64,000 bases of DNA from Waddliaceae bacterium (GTDB taxonomy: Bacteria > Chlamydiota > Chlamydiia > Chlamydiales > SLFE01), in NCBI GenBank assembly GCA_963771045.1, contig CAVYRW010000004.1, positions 2,225,202-2,289,201 of the forward strand. Direction: 5' to 3'. Below, piece by piece: positions 15,664 through 23,074 of this stretch; position 1 is the stretch's first letter; every line of letters begins with the position of its first letter. The notes beneath the pieces were generated by a model, which saw only the letters and a list, made by a program, of their open reading frames with translations, did not search any database and was not told where the DNA came from. The translations under genes and the position numbers were made by a program.

Positions 15664-16679
15664 TGATCCAGATTTATCAGATTATTGATAATCTTACCAA
15701 CAATTTCCTTCCGTTTTTGATAGGTCTCTCCTTCAAAAGCAAAACTCAGATCACCAGAATTTGGTTTCGTTCCGTTTGCGATATGTTGAATAATTTTACT
15801 GACATTGATTCTTGCCCTTAAAAACGATGTTCCATCTTTGATTTTTCCTGGTACCCGAGATTTTATAAGCCTTGGACAAACAATAATCAGGAAAAAATTA
15901 CCGACAACCTGCTCTTGAGCAGCGTTTTTATCAATCGTCTTGTTACAATCGGCATATGACTGCCGATAAAGTCGTTTTATATCATAGGGAATGTTTTTTT
16001 CCGTTTCTTTACACAAATTACGTAAGACTGAATCGACCGTATTCAATATAGCATCTTTCATCTTATTCCCTTGAGATTCTCTGCATTGCTCCTTTAAAAC
16101 CATAAGTGAAGGTAGTAAAAGCTTATCTAATTGCAGGCCATAAAGCTTGAGAAAATGAGCGCAGAATAATTTTGACACAAGGCTTGTTTCACGACCCAAA
16201 GATCCTGTGGATTCGATCCTTTGTGCTCTTGTTCTCAATAAAGCGCGGTGGGAATTTGTTATGAAATTCAACTCTTGCCCATCCGGTATACTGGAATAAA
16301 TGAGATCTCCCACTTTTTTAGTGTCTTCAGTTCCCATAAAAACCTTAACTAATTGATCAAAAAATTGGATATGGGGAACTCTGCCGGAGTATTGCATGTC
16401 AATATAGGATTTTACATTAAAGAACCCTTTTTGGGAATTTTGCGCGATAACAAACTCAAGGAATTCCCGTCCTTTTTTGTTTTTTTTCCTCACAAACCAC
16501 AGTTCTCCTTTTTTTTCTGCGACCGAAACTTTTTTTCCTCTATGCGTTAGAATGCGATCACTACTTTTTGAAGGAATCAATACCTTTGGAACACTTCGAG
16601 CCCGCCTTATTTGATTCTTGCTTCCTTCTTGAAAATGCCTTCGCGTCATTATATGCGAATCGCTTCTAATTAATTGCAT
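15660..16679 (-). CDS. RasGAP-domain protein (eukaryote-like)
   Basis: 339 aa with the ordered motifs GSLGRETSLVSKLFCAHFLKLYG (finger loop), IPYDIKRLYRQ, GNFFLIIVCPRLIKS (FLRxxxPAxxxP block) and INVSKIIQHIANGT. Confidence 0.7.
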   Translation of the reverse strand: MQLIRSDSHIMTRRHFQEGSKNQIRRARSVPKVLIPSKSSDRILTHRGKKVSVAEKKGELWFVRKKNKKGREFLEFVIAQNSQKGFFNVKSYIDMQYSGRVPHIQFFDQLVKVFMGTEDTKKVGDLIYSSIPDGQELNFITNSHRALLRTRAQRIESTGSLGRETSLVSKLFCAHFLKLYGLQLDKLLLPSLMVLKEQCRESQGNKMKDAILNTVDSVLRNLCKETEKNIPYDIKRLYRQSYADCNKTIDKNAAQEQVVGNFFLIIVCPRLIKSRVPGKIKDGTSFLRARINVSKIIQHIANGTKPNSGDLSFAFEGETYQKRKEIVGKIINNLINLDQ

Positions 16680-16688
16680 TTGAACCTC

Positions 16689-18410
16689 TTAGTTATTATT
16701 AATATTAGAATCAGAAACAAACTTATTGAACATTTTGAGAATTGCCCCTTTCTTCGTTCCGCTGACAAATTCCCTCAGTTTCAGCTCTTTAGTATATTTT
16801 TTTCCCTGTCCTGTCGTCATAATGGCATCGATTAAAATATTCACGGCTTCTTTAAAACGATCAAGATGCTGTTTATCCGAAATATACCTCCCTTTAAAAC
16901 ATATAATGGGCATTTGATTGAAAAATCCTAAAAAGAACAGAGAAACAATTTTATCAGATGCCAGGCTATCACAGCCGACTTTTAATTGTTGGAATATTGT
17001 TTTTATGTCAGGGTGAATTTTTTCTTCCGGAATTTGCTGGGCAGACTCGAGTATCGAATCGATTGCACTCAGCAAAGCATCCTGATGATTCTCTTTAAAG
17101 GATTCTTCCTTTGCCTGGCTTTCCAGCTTATCCAGGGCATTTTTTGTCACGTCTTTTAAGGTGTCTTCGAGCAAAAAACCGGTATGAATAGTGATGATTT
17201 CTGCGATAAGAGACGGTTTCTTAAATAACCGCTTTTTATCCACCGCATGCAGCCGCTTGATAAAGTCAGATTTTCCCCCATTGGGAATTTGGTCATAAAT
17301 ATACCGCGCCGTATCTTTGACATTGCCTGGTGAAACTTTAGTTTTGGCTAGTTTGTCTAAATTTATACCATCGACTTCTATCTTCTTAATCAACAAAAAA
17401 TTCTCAATAATCTGAGATATTTGTTTATTGTAATTGATTCCTTCAAAGGCAAACTTGAGTTCATCCGGAATTTTTACCGTGTCTAATCCTGTTTGATTGA
17501 CATGATGCTGGATGATTTTGCTCACTTTTGCCGTTGCCGATCTGAATTCGCATTTTAAATTTTCATCGTTGATCGTTCTGTGCAGTGGAGAGTCTATCAG
17601 CCTTGGGCTGATGATACGCAAAAAAATCTTGCCTAAGACCTGTTGGCGGGCAACATCTTCATTGCCAAACTCTAGACAATCCTCATATAAATGATGAAAA
17701 AGCTGTTTAATTTCATAAGGCAGGCCTTGAGTTACTTGAAGAGTCCCATTAAAAACATTCTCAACGGCTTTAGTTGTGATACTCTCTCTTTCTTCTCTTT
17801 CAAAATGAGTCAGATCCACGCCTCTTTTAAGCGTCACCCTATCAGAAGAAAGTTCAAGCGAACCCAATTTTATTAACTCTTTTTTTAAATTTTCAAGAAC
17901 ACTTTGAGTGATCTTATTCAATTGAGGTTCGCAGTGATTTAAGAAGTGAATCGAAAAAATTGTAGATGAGAGACTCGCCTCGCGGCAAAGAGAACCTTGG
18001 CTGTTTTTTTTATTTTTTCTATCTAATTCATTTTTTAATTGGGCTCGATTCAGTTGAGATATAAAATCGTTTTTTTTATTTCCGGGAATCATATCGTAGA
18101 CTCTTTTAGCCGCTTCCGCACCTTCGTCTCCAAGCGACACATTAATCAATTTCTCAAAAAATTGATTTTTGGCCCCTTCTCCTGATAAATACTTTTTTTG
18201 AATTTTAGCGGCAAACTCTTGATAGTTATCCTGAGGAGCATCCGCAATGACAAATCTGCGATTACTCTCAGTCTTTAGGATATATAATTTTCTAATTGGA
18301 TCTGAGGCAATTTCGGATTTTCTGGGAGAAGTGAAAAAACCCAGCACTTGATGCGAACTTCTTGAAAGAACTGTAAGTTTTAATTTTGGAACACTAGAAT
18401 TATTAATCAT
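16689..18410 (-). CDS. RasGAP-domain protein with a second, degenerate GAP-like module
   Basis: 573 aa. The N-terminal module has GSLCREASLSSTIFSIHFLNH, LPYEIKQLFHHLYEDC, GKIFLRIISPRLIDSP and AKVSKIIQHHVNQT. The C-terminal half repeats the pattern weakly (FKKPSLIAEIITIH..., IHPDIKTIFQQL, SLFFLGFFNQMP). Confidence 0.7.
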   Translation of the reverse strand: MINNSSVPKLKLTVLSRSSHQVLGFFTSPRKSEIASDPIRKLYILKTESNRRFVIADAPQDNYQEFAAKIQKKYLSGEGAKNQFFEKLINVSLGDEGAEAAKRVYDMIPGNKKNDFISQLNRAQLKNELDRKNKKNSQGSLCREASLSSTIFSIHFLNHCEPQLNKITQSVLENLKKELIKLGSLELSSDRVTLKRGVDLTHFEREERESITTKAVENVFNGTLQVTQGLPYEIKQLFHHLYEDCLEFGNEDVARQQVLGKIFLRIISPRLIDSPLHRTINDENLKCEFRSATAKVSKIIQHHVNQTGLDTVKIPDELKFAFEGINYNKQISQIIENFLLIKKIEVDGINLDKLAKTKVSPGNVKDTARYIYDQIPNGGKSDFIKRLHAVDKKRLFKKPSLIAEIITIHTGFLLEDTLKDVTKNALDKLESQAKEESFKENHQDALLSAIDSILESAQQIPEEKIHPDIKTIFQQLKVGCDSLASDKIVSLFFLGFFNQMPIICFKGRYISDKQHLDRFKEAVNILIDAIMTTGQGKKYTKELKLREFVSGTKKGAILKMFNKFVSDSNINNN

Positions 18411-18545
18411 AAAAATAAGTAACTTATATTAAAAAGGTTTATTTTATCAATTTAATTTATTAAATTCAACTCCTATTAAATTAATAGGTCGTAAAAAAAT
18501 AAATTTACACAAGAAAATACAGGTCGAGTATAGCATAGGGCAAAG

Positions 18546-19310
18546 TTGATAGAAAGAAGGCTGTCCATGAATTCTTTTACCCCCTGTTTTCACATACCTT
18601 ACCTTCTTTGGGATAAGAATCCCGAGAAAACAAAAATATTTTTTGAAAAAAATAAAGAAAACAAAATTCTTGAGACAGCTTCTATAGCCCTGCAGGCAAA
18701 AACTCCCGACCAAAATGACAAAATCATGATCCCTCTCGACATCAAAACTGTAGGAGACGGATTTCGTGTCGTCTGCCAAAAAATCTATCTGGTCGGAAAA
18801 GAGCTTTTGGTTTTATCAAAAGTAAAGACAAAAAATTCCGGCAAAACCAAAGTGGGAAGGCTTAGGGAGGAATTCACCATGAAATGGCCCGCCGAAATGG
18901 ATAAAAATAAAGATTACGAATTTATTCACTTCCTCATAAAAAAAGAGACTCTAGAGTTTGAGGACCTGAGCGGGATCGATGATATGATTGCTTGTGTGAT
19001 TGATGGTGAAGAAGAATTTTATCACCATCTCAATCTCTGTGCGCAAATACCCGGTTACATCCCTCGGCTAAAAAATAAAATTCATAAGAAAAAATTTCAC
19101 ATCGGCCCCCTTCTGGAGCGAAACATTGCTGAAGAAAAACCGCCCCAGATGAACTGGCCAATGAAAACCCTGACTTTGAATGGAAACATTTATAAAATAA
19201 ATTGGCATACTACCCATACCTTCTTAGGCAGCACTGCGGGCAAACTCAAAAAGCCAATATCTTCCGTGAAAAAGGGGATTATCTATACCAATTTTCATGG
19301 AAAAACATAA
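18546..19310 (+). CDS. hypothetical protein
   Basis: 254-aa ORF, more likely starting at the ATG at 18567. It is divergent from the RasGAP pair, AT-rich and Lys-rich, and I recognise no motif. Confidence 0.45.
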   Translation: MIERRLSMNSFTPCFHIPYLLWDKNPEKTKIFFEKNKENKILETASIALQAKTPDQNDKIMIPLDIKTVGDGFRVVCQKIYLVGKELLVLSKVKTKNSGKTKVGRLREEFTMKWPAEMDKNKDYEFIHFLIKKETLEFEDLSGIDDMIACVIDGEEEFYHHLNLCAQIPGYIPRLKNKIHKKKFHIGPLLERNIAEEKPPQMNWPMKTLTLNGNIYKINWHTTHTFLGSTAGKLKKPISSVKKGIIYTNFHGKT

Positions 19311-19398
19311 TCGCGAAAAGAAGATTTAAACCCGTGATTGTGACCTAATCTGAGGCCAATTGTTCCGGCGGATCCGATAACTAAGATATTTTCTGACA

Positions 19399-19596
19399 TT
19401 ATTTAACTGAATTGAGTTCCCACACCCTGCATTTCAGGGTCTTCCTCAAAAGCTCAAGATCCTCCTTCTGCATATGGCAAATAATGTGTTTGACGCAAAC
19501 AGAAGTGATGTAATCCGCTTGCACATATTCCAGCACTTTTTGGCGCTCATCAAATTTGTCGACATCAAATTGAACCCTGACTACTCCAACGGTCAT
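19399..19596 (-). CDS. small hypothetical protein
   Basis: 65-aa ORF in an otherwise empty interval. No motif recognised. Confidence 0.25.
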   Translation of the reverse strand: MTVGVVRVQFDVDKFDERQKVLEYVQADYITSVCVKHIICHMQKEDLELLRKTLKCRVWELNSVK

Positions 19597-19771
19597 GAAA
19601 TTTCCTCATAAAATTTGTTCTTAGAAATTTTCGATTATTAACAAATTAAATTTTTATTTCAACACTTTCCTTAGCTTTTTCGGCTTCTAGCCTTAAATTT
19701 TAGATATTAATTGAATTAATAAACAAATAATAGTAAAATTACTTCTTATTTTAATTAACTCAGAGGTTAAT

Positions 19772-20635
19772 ATGTATTTTCAAAAAAAAATAATCACATC
19801 AGTTATTATGATAATGTCTTTTATGACTATCGGCGGCATAAGCGCCTCTGAACACCGGCATAAGCACACCATCACTTGCGCAAGAGAATATACCGAAGCT
19901 TTAAGCAGGCTTCGTCAAATCGATGAAATTCAGACGCTGATCGACAAAGTGCTCAGCGAAGGAAGCATTCATATTATCTCCAACTCCTCGGAGGCAGAAG
20001 AGTTTCAGGGAATGTGGAACGGAGCCGAAAGAAATATCGCCATCAATCCGGTCTACTGCAGAACTCTCGGAGAACAAATCAATACAATCCTGATGGAACT
20101 GAATAACGCCAGTACCAATAGAGAGCTAATGAAACTTTGCGATATGGCTGCCTATGGACAGCTCTCAAAGGATCAGTATGTCGAACAAATCGAAAGGATG
20201 GAACACAAAAACGGACTCAATACATGCCGTTTGCTCGAAAAAGGACACCGCAAAGGCATTTTTCCCCACGATTATTGCTGGAAAGTTTATGAAAACTTCG
20301 ACGATTACTACATGCTCCAGCAAGTCCTCGACCACTCGCTGTGGATCGCCAATAACTACAACCGCCTCAATCCCGGCGGCAGGGGCCGTTCATACAAAGG
20401 GACAGTTCCTAATCTGCATCGTCTTTCGGAGCGCGAGCGCGAAGATATCTGCCTCTATCTGGAACTCAAAAATGACTTGGCCCATACCGATCATCTTGTG
20501 AGGCAGCGGGCTCAGGAAAGGCTAAGCCGAGAGCTTCATGCCTTAAGACGCGGCGGGGCCAAATCCTGGAGCGCATCGGATGCTTTAAGAAAAAAAGCGC
20601 GGCTTATCGAACATATTTTTAAAATCCAGGTTTAA
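19772..20635 (+). CDS. hypothetical secreted protein
   Basis: 287 aa with a hydrophobic N-terminal signal-like segment (IITSVIMIMSFMTIGGISA). An AT-rich promoter region lies upstream. Function unknown. Confidence 0.55.
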   Translation: MYFQKKIITSVIMIMSFMTIGGISASEHRHKHTITCAREYTEALSRLRQIDEIQTLIDKVLSEGSIHIISNSSEAEEFQGMWNGAERNIAINPVYCRTLGEQINTILMELNNASTNRELMKLCDMAAYGQLSKDQYVEQIERMEHKNGLNTCRLLEKGHRKGIFPHDYCWKVYENFDDYYMLQQVLDHSLWIANNYNRLNPGGRGRSYKGTVPNLHRLSEREREDICLYLELKNDLAHTDHLVRQRAQERLSRELHALRRGGAKSWSASDALRKKARLIEHIFKIQV

Positions 20636-20699
20636 AGGATTTACATAAACAAGCCCCTGGCATATAAAGATCATTTTGAGAATCTTTGCCGGGGACTAA

Positions 20700-22037
20700 A
20701 TGCTCAAGCTTATTCAACTTTTTGTCTTTTCGTTGATTTGCTGGGCAGCTTCATGCCAAGCGGAATTATTTTATTTTCCCGCGGTCTCGCCATCTGCAAT
20801 GGGAACTTGCTTCGCGAGCGCTCCTGCAGGAATGGAAGATATCACGCAGCAGTTTTTCAATCCGGCCGTTACCGCCTACTTTGACGATGATCAACTGGCT
20901 GCTGTCGGCAGCATCTTGTTTCCAAGGGACAACTTTGATAGCGCAAACGGTTTGACATTTACAGAAGACGAAATCACCGGGGTCTCGAGCCCGCGCAACG
21001 TCTCCCCCCATATCGGAGGAGGGGCTCTTTACGGCTCTTTTGTCCTCACAGACAAAATCCGCCTCGGCATCGCGATTACAACGCCCTGGCGCAAAAAAAC
21101 AAACTACGCACACGACTGGGTAGGGCGCTACTTCGGCACCCGGCTTGAGATGATCGGGTTCAACATCACTCCGACGCTTTCCTGGAGTATTCACGACACG
21201 TTTTATTTCGGCATAGGACCGCAATTTCAAAGCATGAGCTTCGACTTTGACGAAGCGATTGACTTTGGATCAATCGGCGAGGAGCTTGATATCTTGGGAG
21301 CAGTCCCCGGCGGTCAAGACGGGTTCTTAAATGCAACCGGCAATAACTGGGCCGTTGGCTGGGCCGGCGGCTTGATCTTTAAACCCTGCTGGTATATCCG
21401 GCTCGGCGTCGGGTATCGGTCGAAAATTGAACACACACTCTGCGCTTCCACCCATTTCCAATTTTCCGAAATCGGCAAAGAAGTCGATCAGATCCTGGGA
21501 GTGTACAGCACGGCTTGCAGCGCGGATGTCCAAGTCAACTCCCCAAGCGCCGTTTGGGCGGGCATTCACTACTATCACAATGCCTGCTGGGAAGCGATGG
21601 CCAGCATTTGCTTCCGCGAGTGGTCCGGAGCCGACAACATCACGGTGAACTTTGGGGGAAGCGATAGCGATTTAAACGCAGTTGTCGCCAATTCCGGCTG
21701 GCGGGATATCATCTCCCTTTCCGCTGGAGTCAAATATTACCCTCCCTGCAGAGAATGGTATCTCAGAGGGGGCGGGATGTACCAGGAAAATCCCGTTAAA
21801 CGCAGCACCCAAAACCCTCTTCTTTTCGGCAATGCCAACGGCTCTGTCAGCGCAGGATGGGGATATTGTTTTTGGGGATGTATTTTCTTAGATGCCGCCT
21901 GGCTTCACACATTTCCCGTCGAAATCGCCATCGACCAGAAGGAGTCGCAAAACGGCAATGCCCAAAGAGGCGATTTAACCGGCATCGTCCGCACTCAGGC
22001 AGATATCATCTCTCTTTCCATCATCGCCGAATATTAA
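20700..22037 (+). CDS. outer-membrane transport protein, FadL/OmpP1/TodX family
   Basis: 445 aa. It has a signal peptide, an N-terminal block GTCFASAPAGMEDITQQFFNPAVTAY (compare the FadL G..gAg.a.a.d.sa.f.NPAgla), alternating beta-strand patterns, and an aromatic residue (Tyr) as the last residue. Confidence 0.65.
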   Translation: MLKLIQLFVFSLICWAASCQAELFYFPAVSPSAMGTCFASAPAGMEDITQQFFNPAVTAYFDDDQLAAVGSILFPRDNFDSANGLTFTEDEITGVSSPRNVSPHIGGGALYGSFVLTDKIRLGIAITTPWRKKTNYAHDWVGRYFGTRLEMIGFNITPTLSWSIHDTFYFGIGPQFQSMSFDFDEAIDFGSIGEELDILGAVPGGQDGFLNATGNNWAVGWAGGLIFKPCWYIRLGVGYRSKIEHTLCASTHFQFSEIGKEVDQILGVYSTACSADVQVNSPSAVWAGIHYYHNACWEAMASICFREWSGADNITVNFGGSDSDLNAVVANSGWRDIISLSAGVKYYPPCREWYLRGGGMYQENPVKRSTQNPLLFGNANGSVSAGWGYCFWGCIFLDAAWLHTFPVEIAIDQKESQNGNAQRGDLTGIVRTQADIISLSIIAEY

Positions 22038-22111
22038 CAGTATCTTTATACTTAATTAATTATTCTCATTTAAATTTAACTAATTTGCTGAATTTATAAT
22101 GAGGAAACCAA

Positions 22112-23074
22112 ATGAATGCTCTATCTTTAACTTGCCATTTTGTTAACACCGCCGCTCAAAAAACTGTTTCGTTTAGCAAAAAAAGTTGCGAGAAAACAAC
22201 GAACGCTGCCAAAAAAATATTTAACGGCATTTTCCCTGTCAATCCGGTGACTAAATCACGCCAATTCCGCGTCATTCCGACTAGCGTCGAAAAATACTAT
22301 GGCAAAAATTTCTATAATACCACTTGTCCGAAATATAAAATTAATGAAGAGCTCACTGCAAAGTACCAGCCTGTCTTTAACAATCTTGCCAAGCATTGCG
22401 ACCGCAAAAATCTGGACTATGAATTCCGCGTTATGAAATCCAACACCGTGAACGCTTTTTGTTTACCCGGAGGGAAAATCGCTGTGACGACAGCACTCAT
22501 AAATAGAATCAATTGTGAAAACATAACAGACGATGAATATGATTTCAGCATCATCGACCATGAAGACAAAATGGCCGCTGTTCTCGGACATGAGATCACT
22601 CATGCCGCCGCCGGCCACACCGCCATGAAATTGCAGTTTGCCATCCTCCTTTATGTAACAGGGAAAGTGCTCAGTTTTGCAATTGGACTATTTGTCTTCC
22701 ATAAGGTCGTCGAAAATGACCGGAAAAACGGTCGCCATCCTTACAGGGCTCACCAAAACGCCCAGCTGATGGCCACTCTATCGCAGCTTGCGTTTACTAC
22801 TTTCTGGGAACTTGGCAAATTGCTTATCAACAATCAATATGGGCACTGTCAGGAACACCAATCCGACAGGATCGGAATGAAATACGCCGCCAAAGCAGGC
22901 TATAACCCGCTTGGAGCTGTTTGGATTCAAGAAATGTTTGTCGAAAATTTCGGAAAAGGGAGCAAAAAGCTCGCTCTTTTCTCCACGCACCCTCCTTCAA
23001 AAGATCGCGTCAGTGCCTGTAAACAGACTCTGAAAAAAATTGAAGAAGAGGGAGCTGAAGCGATCACTCGGTAA
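22112..23074 (+). CDS. M48-family zinc metallopeptidase
   Basis: 320 aa with NAFCLPGGKIAV, HEITH (HExxH) followed by TM-like segments, and a downstream E..SDRIG block typical of M48. Confidence 0.7.
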   Translation: MNALSLTCHFVNTAAQKTVSFSKKSCEKTTNAAKKIFNGIFPVNPVTKSRQFRVIPTSVEKYYGKNFYNTTCPKYKINEELTAKYQPVFNNLAKHCDRKNLDYEFRVMKSNTVNAFCLPGGKIAVTTALINRINCENITDDEYDFSIIDHEDKMAAVLGHEITHAAAGHTAMKLQFAILLYVTGKVLSFAIGLFVFHKVVENDRKNGRHPYRAHQNAQLMATLSQLAFTTFWELGKLLINNQYGHCQEHQSDRIGMKYAAKAGYNPLGAVWIQEMFVENFGKGSKKLALFSTHPPSKDRVSACKQTLKKIEEEGAEAITR

